From positions 744,001-808,000 of the forward strand of contig JBHGNT010000005.1 of assembly GCA_043228905.1 (NCBI GenBank): DNA of 64,000 nt, written 5' to 3'. Position 1 is the first letter of the stretch, and each line of letters opens with the position of its first letter. Below are positions 1 to 15,136 of the stretch, in pieces. Source of the DNA: Azolla caroliniana. Lineage: Eukaryota; Plantae; Polypodiophyta. A program made the translations under genes and the position numbers. The notes under the pieces were generated by a model. That model did no database searches, was not told the DNA's origin, and saw nothing but the letters and a program-made list of their open reading frames with translations.

Positions 1-232
1 TGTTTTCTAAGCTGATAATATCAGTTCGGATCACTCTATTCGTTTTGATGGGAACAATCTAAGCTATATTAGAAGAAAGAAAGAAAGAAAGAAAGAAAGC
101 ATCCAGTGGCGCCACTGGGTCTAGATGGTAGATTTGCTTGGTGAATGTGTTGACTATTAAGTTTCAGGTAGATAGTATATTCACATGCATGGAGTGGATG
201 ATAGTAAGAGAGGAGATTATTGAGAGGAGATT

Positions 233-235
<3 letters not shown>

Positions 236-308
<73 letters not shown>
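236..308. repeat. (GA)n microsatellite
   Basis: Uninterrupted GA dinucleotide run of ~70 bp. Confidence 0.95.
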
Positions 309-310
<2 letters not shown>

Positions 311-1360
311 GTATTTTTGACAGTGAGTTGGGGGAATCTATCCCTGAGGATTACGAGGGAGGAATTCCCCGTGGTGCAGATGTTACCAGTGAATCTCTTG
401 ATGCAGTTGGTCATGTCAATGGCACATAAATGCCTTCCCATTGATTTATATACTATTAACATATGCAGCTTCTTGCTGCATTTTCATTATTGCCTCTTCA
501 CAACATCAAAAATAAATTTATTCACAATGCATAATTAAATTGTTGCAAAGTTCACATCACTTGTTTTTTAACACTTGGGGCCATGTGCTCTAATGCTCTT
601 TCTAAGATCCCTCAACTTGGATATTGACAGATCTTCTGCACGATGTGTTTATTGGGATCTTGGAATTTAGATTGATTCATCTCTTACTAACTCAAAGTCT
701 GATTATCATTGGCACTTATCACTCGTAATAGAATCCAATTAAATGTTTCCTCTAGTAATGCTTCTATTCTATTATCATATGAAAATGACGTTGGAACATA
801 ATTTCATTACTACATTGTGTAGTAGATTGATCTTGTTACATTTATTGAATTCTCCCATGCAACGAGGGGGATGTGTGTATATGATGGTGGATCTATTGTG
901 TACTTCTATGAATGCTAGGTAAAGCATTTTAGTCGGATAAATGAGAAGAGAAGCCATAAATTATAATACGGCAACATTGCATGCTTAAGAGTCATGGGTA
1001 GAATTCTTTGGGAGATGGTTCATATGTGGCAGCTGAAGTTCCTAACTTATTTATGCATAGCTATGTATGCTTCAACCTGAAGATTCGAAACCCTCTCTAG
1101 ACTAGTCCATAACTCAAATGTAAATGTCCAAGTTCCTTCGTGGACTGATCCGTAGCTTGATCTAAAGGTCTAAAACCCTCTTTGAAAAAGCAATGAAAGT
1201 GACCTCACATCTGTTAGTAGGTAAACCTTCCGTTTATAGGCCGCATTACTGTTGACCTTGAATCTCTTCATAGCTATGACCTTGTAGAAGTGTCTGTATG
1301 TTTGTCTAAACTATCCATGAATTCACAACACCCGTGTATAAACATGTTATAACACAATCA

Positions 1361-1660
1361 CTGACCTGCCTTCAATTTCCACTCTGCGTTTTGATTAGGT
1401 TTAAAGAATGGGATGACAATTGGACATTAAATTATTTGCAATTCTCTTATTGACTGATACTAACTAATACAATAAACCTCAAGTTCGCCATCAAGAACAC
1501 AATTATTTGCTGACCTGTCTTCAATTCTCACTTGCGTCTTGATTGGATTGAAAGAATGGGATGGCAGTTAACAAGAACAGAATTATTTGCTGACCTGCCT
1601 TCAATTCTCAATTGCATTTTGATTGGATTGAAAGAAAGGGATGACACTTGAACATCAAAG
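1361..1660. repeat. Three degenerate ~80-bp direct repeats
   Basis: Unit ctgacctg(c/t)cttcaatt...tgatt(a/g)g(g/a)tt(t/g)aaagaa(t/a)gggatg recurs at ~1362, ~1510 and ~1590. Confidence 0.8.
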
Positions 1661-2169
1661 TGTTTGCAATTCTGATTGACTTATGGTGACACAATAATTA
1701 GGTGTCTCAAGCAGATCAATGCAAAAATGAATGAGATTAATATGTGGCCATACGGATTGTGAGGTGAGGTGAATACATGCGCGAATCTGCAAAAAGGAAG
1801 CAGAAAAGGTCAAATGGGAATTTGCTGAACTGTTCAGGTGTTGGACGATCCGATTGCTGTTGGAAAGAGACGGTGAACGATCTGCAGAGAGAAAAGAGGG
1901 GAAAAACTGGCTCTGCTTGGACGGAGGGAGGGGGGTGGATATGGAGCTCCATTTCCCCCCTTTCTGCTTCTTCATTCGGAGTTGGATTGAAGACGGGGGT
2001 AGTTTATAGAAATTCATAGGATCCATGATCACTTTTCACAACTGAGATCGCGCTTTAATAATTGCTGTCACACGTAAGCCCAATTTCAGACAGAGCGACT
2101 GACAAAGTGGCACAGTGAATTAGCTTTTTATTCCCTAATAGATTTTAACTAACACCCTCGGGCCTCTCC

Positions 2170-2250
2170 ACAGACAGACAGACAGACAGACAGATCGATA
2201 AACACAGACAGACAGACAGACAGATCGATAGACACAGACAGACGGACGGG
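2170..2250. repeat. (CAGA)n microsatellite interrupted by GATCGATA
   Basis: Directly visible tetranucleotide repeats. Confidence 0.85.
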
Positions 2251-2726
2251 TACATACATTAATGTAACATTGGATAATTCTCCAAATCTGACTCCCCAAG
2301 TAAGTGAAATGGAGGACAAGGGCATGTCCGAAAATGTCCGAAAATAGGCAAACTATTCGGAAATTATACTACGTAAAAGGGGCATCCGCTGTAAAAGATT
2401 TTCTTCGTTGATCTCTCCCTCCCTCCCTCCCTCCCTCCCTCCCTCCCTCTCTCTCTCTCTCTCTCTCATCAGAAGTCCATTCATTTATTCAATTAGCCTC
2501 GACCTTACATGTCTGTCCCATGTCTGTCCCATGTCTGTGAAGCTAACTGTCTGATCTTTTCTTGGAGGAGGAAGATTATTCAGAGGTTCGTTCTGGTTCT
2601 TTCCTTCTTCTTCTTCTTCTTCTTCTTCTTCTTCCTCCTCCTCCTCCTTTGATTTTCTGTTGCCAGATATTTGATGCATTCAGAATCCTCTGAGAATCCA
2701 TGGAATATTGATTTCATTCTGGTGCT

Positions 2727-2980
2727 TAATCATTTGGGTAATATTTTCTGGCTGAAAATACTTTGCCAATTCCTGTCTTCTGATGAAAGTGTTTCCTCGA
2801 GAATCATTTGCTAATTCTGGCCTTTATGGAAGCTTTTCCTCGCAAATCCATTGATTTTCGATTTGATGAAAACTTTTCAACCGCTAATACTTTGCTTATT
2901 TTTGGGCTTTATAGAATATTTTCCTCTGCAAATACTTTCCTCTCTCAAATCCTTTGCTAATTTCTGGCCTTCATGACAAG
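2727..2980. repeat. Degenerate ~50-bp tandem repeats in the EDR2-like leader region
   Basis: Motif (c/a)tttgc(t/c)aatt..tggcct(t)..atg..aag..tttcctc..aaat recurs about 5-6 times. Confidence 0.55.
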
Positions 2981-3680
2981 TTCACTATCACTTCAATTTG
3001 ATTTCCTGCAGAAAAGCTAGACCCAAAGAAGGCTGAAAACGATCTATGAAAATGGTACCATGATCTATTTATTGAAGGTTTTCTAATCAGTTTATGATTT
3101 TGAAATGATATCCTAATCAATCGTCTAGATAGATTATACTAATTAATCAAAGATGACCTCATTGTGTATTGATTTCCTGAAGATATGGATGAAAGCAAGA
3201 TCTTAAAATTGTGATTCTAAATGTTTTTCTTTCGTCTCCTTCTTGAATACTTTCTAATAATCAGTATCCACGTCAAAATGTTGTACTCCAATCTCTTCTT
3301 CCTTGAAGGCATCTGATCAGTTTATGCTTCGAAATCTTTTGCACTGTGGAACTTTTCTTTCTAGCTTTTACGGGAAGTTCTCAGTTCTTAAATTGCTTTC
3401 CTGCAGAAAAGGCTGAATTAGAAGCTCTATGAGGGCAAGAAATTAATTCTCTCCTTGAAACTTTCATCAGTATCTGCTGTACATCAAAATCTTTCTCATT
3501 CATTATCTACCTTAAAATGTTGTATTTTGATCCTTCTCTTGGAAACTTTCACCTGTTTATGGCTCTGAATGTTTAAAATATATAATTTTCACTGCAGAGC
3601 CTTGCATTATAACGTTTATGCCAATTCCACCGTCTCTGGGAATCCATAAGCTGAATTAGAGGTTCTAAGAGGCCACAGCG

Positions 3681-6600
3681 ATGGTATATTTGATTTCTTT
3701 CTCAAAGGACTTGCATCAGTATCTACAATGTTTGATTTCTACATTGATCATTGTATGCAATAATTTTTTAAAATTTTGCACTTCTAGGACGGCAAAGAAA
3801 CAGTTGAACAAAATGGATCTGGTCCTGAGGGAAAACAAGATAATGGTGAAAGCTTTTCCAGCATAAAAGGCGAGCTATCATATTCAGCATCAGAGTCAGA
3901 ACGGATACCTAAGACTTATAAAGGAGTTGTGTACCATATTGGAGTGAACCGACTAGGTCATCATTATTGTCATCAGCGATTCTTAAGGATACGGGGAAGC
4001 CACATTGAGATGTTCAAGAAAGATCCAGATTTGAAGAATGCTGTGAGTGAAATACAGAAAAACCACATTAATACTAATCCGCAGTTTTTGAGTTGGGTAC
4101 GAAGGTAAATACTAAGGACAGAATTAAAGGCACGTAGGACTACATATGAGTCCAAAGCTGATGCTTGATATACCTTCGCTTAGTTAACTCCATAAATATA
4201 TGGATGATATGTTGAGTTCTACACTTAGCACACTATTGTGACGTTGTATATGTATGAACATGATGCACAATTATTTCTGTTAGTTTCCTTTTGGAACTCC
4301 TAAAATTCGTGATTACAAGTTGCAAAAACTTTGAGATTCACACCATAGAAATCTGTAGTGAATTGATTGCTATTTCAAATTCAAAAGAACTTTAACCGCT
4401 CAGTGATTGGTGAAAATGCTCACATTATTATGTGACGTGCGTTAACTCTCCAGAAACCAATTAGGCAAGGTGTTGCTGGTAAATTTTTGAAGTTTGAAGA
4501 TGCAGGACGCTGTCAAATTGATGATAAAGTAAGTTCTCCTTTTAGTGTCTGGAAACAAGAAAAACACTCTTCTGGGATTATCTTGATATGATTGTATAAA
4601 CTTGTGAACCCTGAATTTTAAATGTTTCATTTATGATGTATGCCCCATCCTTTCTTGTAGGCTCTTTATGTAACAAGGATATTGAATTCTGTGGATGGAA
4701 CGGTAAAGGGTGAAGTAAGTTTTGATTTCTAGATTGTTTCTTTGACTATATACATACTTCTATCCATTTTCCTGATTGCTATATTGTGGTGAATCCCTGC
4801 TTAATACAGATTGGTTGTGAAACAGCTTTTGATGCAAGCTCATGGAGGGATGCATTTCTGTACGCAAAGGAGGAGGTACTGCTTTGTTGCAATCCTTCTC
4901 TCTCTCTCTCTCTCTTTTATAATCACGTCTGATGCTTTTTGTTAGGCTAGCTGTAATTTCAAAAACAATGAAAATGAAGATTTGTCATTCACCTACTCCT
5001 TTCAGGCAGGAATATATTCCCGCAGTGGCCACAAACTGGTTGATGATACAAATGAGTAAGACTCTTCCTTTTCTTGTTCAACCATGGAGATTGTGTATGA
5101 TTTATGTTGCAGATTGATAATATTTCACTATGTTGGCTCACGAAAGGTTTAAATTGACTGGACATCGACCACGTGTACGTCGTTATGCTAGGGATTTAAC
5201 AAATCTTATCATGATCGGTAATACTATATCCAAAGATAGTTTTTTAATTACAAAGCTCTTGATTTGGTTATGCAATTATAATTTACCTTTGACCTAGGTT
5301 CTGATAACTTGCTCGGGAAGGGGACAAAATGTTCGCAAATACTTGGATCAGATGTGTATAAGTTGGAAGATACTGACTCTAAAGATGAACGCCAGTGGAA
5401 TTGTGTGCGTTTAGTCAATGGTGTATATCTAACTTTTAAGTGCTGCCACTTGTTTTGTCATCAGTTCATGTGGATATTTTGAATTCAGCATGGAACACAT
5501 TTAAGTGTCTTTTCTACTGTGGTAATATTTTTTGGGAGTGACTTTTGTAGGTATACGCATACTTGAGGATGTGTCTGCATATATGGTAAGACCTTGATAG
5601 CTTCTGGTATACATTATTCCCATTCCTTTACATTTTATGCGTGTGTAAGATAGTAAAATAAGAGTCCATAGTTCTCTTATCTACATCAGTTTCATTTACT
5701 GTCTCATTGGTCATTTTAGCCTAAAACATTGTTATCCCTTAAGTTTGAATGTCTAGGTGTCTATATCATCACCCTTTCACTATTTTATTGCTATTTATTT
5801 TGGTCGATTATCTAAAGTTAATGTTTATATGATGTGTGCAGGCAGAAAAATTAGTGATACTGAAAGCTGTTGGAGTTATAGAAGCTTCTTCAAATGTCGT
5901 ATTTGAAATGCTTATGGATACCAAAAATACATATCGTAAAGGGTAAGAATGGAAACATGTGAAAACATTCTAGATTTCTCTTTCACAGAAAATATGATAG
6001 AGATTTTTACGCTCGATATGATAGGTGGGATGTTTTGACTGGTGACTTGAATCTCATCGAAGCAGTTGATGGTCACTGTGATCTATGGCATGGAACTTTT
6101 GATCTCAAGTATTTAAGATGGTCTGTGTCTCTCTCTCTAGGTGTTTTTAGTGTTTCTTTCTCTTTCATTTTTATTTTTTATTATGGTTTGCTGGCTTTTA
6201 GTGTTTGTTTTTGGGTTCTTTTTCTCTTCTTTCTCTGATGCACAAGTAACCATATCTCTCTCCGATCACATATTGACCCTCCGAGCCCTTATCAAGGAGG
6301 GCAGAGCCCATAATAGGACGATTTATTGCTGCTTAGTGGATTTCAGAAAAGCTTTTGACATTGTGCCACATGCTCAGCTTATGCAACAGCTAGAAGCCCT
6401 TGATGTTCCTATAGATGTGCAATGGGGGATCTATGCACTGTATGAATGTGTTAGGAAAAGTGTGGTCTCCCAATGGTTTGTTACAGGCTGTGGCTAGCTC
6501 AATCGGGAGTAAAACAAGGATGCCCACTATCAGCCACTCTCTTCGGTCTCTATATAGATGAGGTATCATATTACATACATGTAGAGATTTGGGGGTTTGG

Positions 6601-9600
6601 GAACATGCCTAGTGGGTATATCTATACACATATTAATATATGCTGATGATATTGTGCTGAATGCTGAATCTCTGGATGGACTACAAAGACAACTAAACGG
6701 CTTAAAACTATTTTTTAAGGACAACAGTTTGTCAACAAACATGGATAAAACTAAAGTGATGGTGTTTAACACCAGTCAAGCATGGGTAACAAGAACAGAA
6801 CCAGAATTCATGGATGAGATTTATTCGTGGTTCTTCGAATTAACCAAACTGTCTACAAGTTATCTCCGTTTTTTTAAGATGATGCTATGTTACAGTAAGG
6901 AACTATACAAAATGCATAGGTTTCAGAAAATGTGTCAGACACTAGGGAATGTAATAGTCTACTGATGACAGCTATACAAATCCTCCTCTCCTTTATCCTG
7001 ATGCTAGTAATGTATGTTAGAATCTCAATATATTATGCTCTTTATTTTGCTTTTAATCAATGATTTCAATCTCTTCAGGAGGAATCGCAAGCAGGATTTT
7101 GTATTTTCACGCACATGGCGTCGTGATCCAGACAATTCATATTGTAAGACATTGGCTAATTGTTTACTTATTTTGTCTTCATGTTTGACTAATTTCAATG
7201 TCTGCATTGTAACTTTTCTGATATATGACATATTTCATGTTAGAATCTCTTTGTATTACATGATGGGAGGTAGTTAGTGGGCATATTAAAGTTTGAATAT
7301 AATAAAAAGGGGAATATCACAGCTAGTTAATGACACTGTTATTCAACCTTCTAATCTTGACACTGTTATTCAACCTTCTAATCTTGGCGTACTTAGCTTA
7401 CCAAAGGACATTATTAAAATATAAGCTGCAAACTGTTAATTAGTTTATGGAGAATCTTAACTTTTGATTTATGAGTGATTCTTTTTTAAAATTAAGTTTT
7501 GTAATCTATTTATTATTTTTGAAAGAACATTTCCCGAACTATCTTGTCAGATTTGGTGCAAAGATACTTCTATATATGCTTGAGTGGAGGATTATCTTCC
7601 AAAAAAGGGAAGAAAGAGGCCAAAATGCCCCGCAAGTCCGAACATAAGATTACATCTTAAAATGTTTTGTCATCTTTGAGAGAAAAGCAAAATAAATATA
7701 ACAAAACATTGGGCACTAAAGTATCTACATATCTAAGAACTTAAAGTTCTGAAATTAGATATACTGAAACTTTATTTTGGAATATCTCCAACATATCTGT
7801 TCGTTGATCGAAGTCTTGAGCAATTGGGGGCTCAATTCAAATTTCACAGATAATGGAATTTCTTTGTCGATGTCAAGGGTGATATGACTGTGGCCCAAAT
7901 GTTCATGGCCTACCTTAATGACACATTGATATTGTATGATCTATTGTAACTGATTTGGAGTGTCTTGTTTCAGACACCCCACTTCTGATGTTCTTTATGG
8001 ACTTGTAGCATGAGGAGTGATGGACATGGTCTCTGTTGATGAGCTCGTTGTGTTGTTGTCCAACAACTTCGCTCTCTGTCTCTTGAGTTTCAGCAGGAAT
8101 AGTCATTAGAACTGTTGGTCTTTGTATTTCAATTCCTTGTGTCGTTGGCCAGAACCTTATTTAAAGAGGCAGTCATATCTCGCTATTCTTTCATAAGTAG
8201 TACAATGGTAGACGTGTTCTTCCAATTCCACCCTTCGATGGCACAATAGGCAAATCTGATCATCCATAGTTTTGCATGCATATCTGTATATCTCATTTCT
8301 AATTATTATGAAGAGGTCCTGAGCTACCCCACAACTCTATGGAGCACATGAGATAGATGTGTATCCTTATAAGGCCTCGTTATAAATCTACCTTATGTGT
8401 CTACCAGAACTGCTTTATAGTTGGCTATCTTGCAATCAAAAGATGTTGTGGGTCTGATCCATGTTTGTTCATTATCCAAGTTAATTATATTGGCTCAGAT
8501 CACTCTGTTCTTTTTCACTTTAGTCATGTTCAAGTGTGGACAATCCATGCTATATTGGAATGGGTTAGTGTGTTTATACTTTGTAATTTGGAATGCCATC
8601 CTACATATGTACAGAGTGGAGGTTCTCATATCATCATTATTGCTTCAGTCTGATTTCAAAGGTGGAATTTTGTATATTATGAACAATTTGAATAAAATAT
8701 GAAGTGGCACATAAATAGAGGAGAAAGCTGTGAATAAGATGTAGACAAATAACTCCCATTGAAAGGAGTAATTGTTTGTTGTTCCAAATGAATTTTTAAG
8801 TGGAAAAGTAACAAGTAGATTTGTACAGGAGAGCTTCAAACGGGGCAGTATATCAATTCACATTTAGATCATTTACTTCCAATACTGTACTGTTTTATTC
8901 AGTGTTCATTCAAAAAACTTCATGTGCATGAGTCTGATGATTGATGCTGACCTTCCTTTAAACTGCCGATATAAGATTATGAATGATCGTGAATTTCATG
9001 TGAATTCAAGCCATTATTCTGGAGTCACCACCAAAATCAAAATTTGCAAAGAAATCTGGCTTTCAACGGATAAAGTTGAATCGTGAGTGTTTCTTTGTGT
9101 CAACATTTTCCCTTCTATTTTGTTGTAGTACAGAAGCTCATCAAGGAGCCTCAGGGTGTGAATAAATTGATTAACATATTGACTTTGGACTTTTATATGT
9201 TGCAGCAACTATTTGGGAAATCAAGCCTCTTCCATTCAATAGGTCTGGTAATTCAAGATCACTTGTAACTCAAACTATGGAGATACGAAAAACTGGATGG
9301 GGGCGATGGAGTAGAATGAACTATGCTAAATTGGATAAAACTATACCTTATGTTATTCTTTGTCAAGTAGCTGGTAATGATTTCTTCTATCTAAAAGTAT
9401 AATTGACTTATTTTCTTTATTGATGTACTTTAGTGAGTGAACTCCCATATATACCAAGTGAATGGGATATGTGCAACATCCTTAATGGCCATACCTGGTG
9501 TAACATCCTTGATGGGTGCATGTAACCTTTGAGTCTCTAAACTGCACGAGAAAAAAAAACAGTTTTATCCATTTAGACCCGGTTTTAATCTATACTCTAC

Positions 9601-12600
9601 TGGTTAGGTGTGTAACCATACCATACTTCAAGTACAAGACATTTTTATTGAAGCTTGGAGTTCTAGAACATATTTAAGCCTTTACGATATCATCGACACA
9701 TTCTGTTTCTACTTTCAAGATTATAACTATCAGTCTGCTGAGGTACCCTTGATCATTTTCATTTGAACTTATCTCTTACATGATGATAATCCAGGTCTGA
9801 GGGATTATTTTGCATCGAATTCTATTCCTGATACCACTAGATCCACAGATGATGGAAAACAAGTAAAAGTTTCGAGGGACTTTATGGAGTCAATGGCGTC
9901 TTCAGATGGTACAATCGAGGAGTTCTATGATGCATTAGCAGCAGAAGATCCCGAAGAGGAGGAAGAAGAAGATGATGAAGGAGAAGGTGGCCATGAGGTG
10001 GAAAAACTAGAAAAGGTTGCTATACACACTGTATGCTTGATATTGTAATATGGTATGATAATTTTATACTCTTAGCATCTCATACAGCGTCCTGTCGCTT
10101 CTTTTCTGACCTCAGAGCTTTTTAAATTATAGGATCTCCTTTGGCTTATCAGGAATTTTCAGTGGAACATTATCCCGATGTAACCTTATAGAACCTAAGC
10201 TGCATATATTGGACAGTTGTTAGAGGAGCTTCAATCCTAGTTTGGGCAAGAGTCTAGATTTTTTTACTGTAGTGAATGTATTCCATGTGATAGGAGCATA
10301 TATTGGACATTAATGTTTCTTGAAATGTGAATGTATTCCATGTGATAGGAGCACGAAGCAATCAGTAGCTTCCCATCCATGAAGACTTTATTGTAAGCAC
10401 TGTCTGGCACAAGTAGATATTTGAGTGGCTATTAATTTATGCACATTTATTGCTGCAGATATCTGGGCTAGCCCAGATAGGCTGAGTGAATGTTCATTTT
10501 CATCCTTTGTCCACAGCTACCATCCTTGTGACACAAGTGGATGTGCATAATAGATTTGTTGTCCTGGTGCTTCTACTCGAATATTTTAGGATCTTATCTT
10601 GATGGATATCCAGCTGACCTTCTGTCTCTTAGTAAATTGTAGTGTCTACTGATCTCCAACAAGAATAGCCAAGCCCATTTCCAATCCATGCTAAAAGAAA
10701 TTTGAAACCTTCTAAGAGATTGATACCTTTAATTTCAAGCTGTTCTTCAACTGCCATACAGTCTATAACCCCATATGATGTGGATAAATTGGTAGGATGA
10801 GCACTTTACTCATTTGGTGACATGTAAAAAGTACAATTGATAATGGATCATTGGCCCATGTCATCTGTCTGTAATCTGATAAAGTTTCCAAATTCCATAT
10901 CCAAATATTGCAGTCTGAACTGTAGTCCAGTTTCGGAACTTAATTATTTTCGGTCATATTACTGAAATTTCTATCTGTTGACATCTATTTTGGAGATGTT
11001 AATGCAGCATCTTTCTTATCTACTGAATACAAGTTGACTTCAGAAGCAATGAGACCACATTCTGATGCCAATATAAATTGTTTAACCATCTCTTTATTGA
11101 TTTATTGTACATGTCATTTATAGTTAAATATTGTTGCATTTATGATAAAAATGGTTTGCTTCCGTTACAGCCAGCAAGCCATAAGTTCAAAGCAACAACT
11201 CGTGCTCTAATGGCTCTTACGCCACATGGTAATTGTGTATTTACACCTCATTCTCTTGCTGTGTATTTGTATTTATAGTCTTTACTCCTGTTATACAGCA
11301 ATAGCTGAGGCAAGCGAACTGGTTTCTGGTGCCAATTGCGTGGACATAAATTTGAGTCAGTTCAAGGGATCGTTGTCTCAAGCTATCACAGTTAAAGACT
11401 CTAGTTGTTGGATGGATCCTGGAGGAAGTGAATTTATGGTTCGTGGACAGTCATACCTGAAGGACTATATGAAGGTAGTGCAAGTATATATATTTTGTGT
11501 ATCCATTTACATATCATTTCTATGATATCTGGTGCATATGGTGTTGCGTACACATTGGAATGTGATGCAAAACAACATTGTTAAAGACCTTCCTGGGATA
11601 TTAACTTGATTTTCCGTAGTAGGTGTGTGTGGTTACTTTGACCATGCATATCATGCTTGTGCGCTATTTAGTGTACACACATTTCATATAGACAACCATA
11701 TTAGACAATTCAGTATCCAACAGATTTGAGACCTTCCAAAGCAAAGGTATTGAAGATTTGCACTTAAGTCATCAGAATAGCTGGTTCATTGTGGAGATAA
11801 TCATTATTGGTATGCTGAAATGCAAGAATGCATCTAATCACACTGCATCTGTTCCAAGATGGGTTGGATTCCACACCTGAACATGACCAAATTGGAAAAA
11901 GGAATAGAGTGATCTATCATTAAATGTTATAACGAAAAAACATGGATCATCCCCACAATGCCTCTTGGTTGGAAGATGAGCCACTTAAAGGCCCTCTTTT
12001 TACATGTCACATGTTGGATTTATCATTATCTCTTCTTATATGGATACAAATCTTTCACACACATTATGATATAATGGATCACAAAATTGAATAGAGCTAG
12101 AAAATTGCAGGTCCACAAACAAAAAAGCTAAGCCATTTTTATTTGAAGATCAACCCGACAATATCGTGTTGTACATTGAGGACACAAGGAAGGAAATAGA
12201 TGGCGAAACCATAGTACTGAGGGGCTGCTAAATTCTTCCCTCCTGCAAAATTCTGTAGAAATTAGAATATAGAATGGATTGTTGATGATTCCCAATTTAG
12301 CTGGCATTGATGGCTATGCACTTATCCTCCATGAACAGATCCCCCCCCGCCCCCCCAAAAAACGATTTCTGATAGGCCTCAGAAATCCTTGTCATTATTA
12401 TCTTGACATTTTATTGGGTAACCAAGCATGATCACATAGACATTATTAGTTTGAACCTCAAGAAATAGTTTCTGATCCAAAAATACCAATATAACTGGTC
12501 CAAATGTAAAGGTAAATGCTCATCACCATCTAACTGTATCCAAATATTTGTCTAACTCTTGGATTACCAGTACCAGAATGTTAGAGAGCCATAAAAGCAG

Positions 12601-15081
12601 TGTCTTCAGCAAGAATCTGTTTCCTAAAGAATTCTTATAACTCAATATCCTTTCCTATGGATTATTTTCTGGCTTTTGAACATTCTCTACTTTTGAACAT
12701 TCTGTATCTCAATTTCTTACAATGGTTTTGAGTCAGAACTATGTAACATGGACTAGTTGCTGAATATTCATACTGTACAGTAATGTACAAATTTAGAGGT
12801 TTGTCCATTGCTTCAGCAAGTAGAATTGAAATAAGTATGTTATGAACGTGAGCATTTTAGATATATGTATAACTTCTGCAATATTTACATGTGCAGATTT
12901 CTGGTGGCAAGCCGTTATTGAAGCTTCTTGCTGTTGATTGGTTTCGGTCTGAGAATAAGATAGATTTGATTGCAACAAATAGAAATTATCTTGTTCAGGT
13001 GACTCTGTCATCTTATACTTTTTGAAATTTGTCATTATGCATCCCATCTATTGCAGTTGGCCCTAGGATAAGGAGTGAACATATTATTGTGTTAATGGTA
13101 TATCCAGATTACATTTATGTCTGGTCAATGTCATCTTAAGTATAAAGTATGGTGGCAGCAATAGAAGTGCTATGATCTATTGACAGTTGAAAATTAGGAA
13201 TAACTTTTTCACGATATTAACACTAATGACATAATTAATGATGAATCCAAAATAGAAGAGGAATGCGTAGATGCAATAGAAACTTGTGTTATATCTCAAA
13301 AAACGAAGCTGCCATACATAGGCTGTGTAGATGGAGCTCATTGGTTCCTAATGTGGCTTCTCCTATTCCTTCTGGGAGTGGACATTATGGTTAGGGATTT
13401 ACCTAATAGGTTATGTAGAAAAGGTATTAGCCTCTATTAGCTTTGTAATGTTTTCAATAATTTCATTTTACAACAGGGCAAAATTATTTCTTCAGTGATT
13501 TTATTTTAGTGATGTTAGGTAATAATGCTGCAAACAAATCCGTGAATATCATGCAAATACATGATTAATCTATCATCTTTTGTGACAGTCTGAAGCAGGA
13601 CAGAAACTTCCCTTCATTCTCGTTATCAATTTACAGGCAAGCAATCATTTTGAACTTCTGGCTCATAAATTGAGCATGGCATTTCTCATTGTTTTTCTTA
13701 TGTTCTTAAGCAGCACTGATGTAGTCATTTTTTATTGGATTCGCAAGACTGGTTATTTATTCTTGAGTTTCCATTTGATTATTTAGGTTTCTAGCTTTAT
13801 TCTTCTTTGAATGATTGTGGCAAGAAATACCAATTAAAACCCCAGCTAATTAGAGAGTTATTTGCAAAAATTTGGATGAATCTCATGGGATATCTTCAAC
13901 CACCACAATTCTCTCTTAGATACAAGATCTACAATGAAAAAACTTTACCGAAGTGATATTTACAAAACTGAAAAGCTTTGCATGCATGATGCACCTTAAT
14001 CAACCCATTGCTCTGTCTTGAAGCTCTATGAAATTCTAGTTTTCAGTAACCCATCTTATGGCAAGAAAACATGATTGGTTGGAGCCCCGAAAAACTTCTC
14101 ATTGTGCTTTTGCGCTTATCTCATGGCCACCAGTAGTCTTAACCAAAGCATCTCCAACATTCTATCCATAACCGTTTTCTCTTAATGGTGGCCCAGTTCT
14201 TCAGCCATTGAGGACTATTGTCACACAGGGTAAATAGTAAGGAATTTCATGGACTCAATTTAAATGGTTTGGTAAATTTACAGATTATGAAACCTAAAAG
14301 TACAGAAAACAAGGTAATCTTTCAAGTTTCTCACAGTATTTAACTTATGTTTGGCGACTACAACTTGTAATTCGTCATTTTATTCTAATATTTGGAGAAT
14401 GCTTTAAAGTTCTGGAACCACTAGGCCAATACCAACCCCCCCCCCCCTCCCCTCCCCGTCCAATCCACAATATTCTTGTACATCAAGAATGCTGCCTGCC
14501 TATTTTCCACAGTTTCCTTCAATAAACGATTATCGAAATGAGTTTTTCCTCTTTATTTCAGGTCATCTAAGCAAGGTTTCTATTTCTTAATGCATTTCTA
14601 TTTCTGTGTGGTATCCAAGATACATACAATATGCTATTTTAAATGCTGATGGAACAGCTAAGTCACGGTCTCATAAATACCTATTTAATGCTGAGTGAGA
14701 ATCTTGTCCAAGAATCCCATTCAAATTACAAAATATTCTTTTAGATGTTTTAGTACAGTTCTGAAAACGAGACTGTACAACTTCAAAAAATTAGAAAATA
14801 TTAAATGATATAAAAACGTTTTTCTAGTTTAGTTAGAGAAAGCTGAAGGGCCTTTAATCCCAACAATTTTTGCCTTTTGAAAACATTTATATAACATTGA
14901 ACTTGGGATCCATGACCATGGCTGTACATGGATGATTTTTATAGATGGAATTATCTGGGCAAAGGAGGTGGTCAGTCATTCTTTTTTATTTATCATCTTT
15001 GTGAAGATTGGTATATCTATGCTCTGCTTCTTGCCCACTCATGGTTCTCTAACAGAACATTAGTAAAATCAATTTGCAACT

Positions 15082-15136
<55 letters not shown>

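Noticed and set aside
138-2032. Short ORFs, including 1655-2032, as protein-coding genes
   Set aside because: No recognisable motifs, and some are microsatellite translations. A minus-strand acceptor at ~1882 and a possible small exon near 1225-1270 could not be assembled into a gene.
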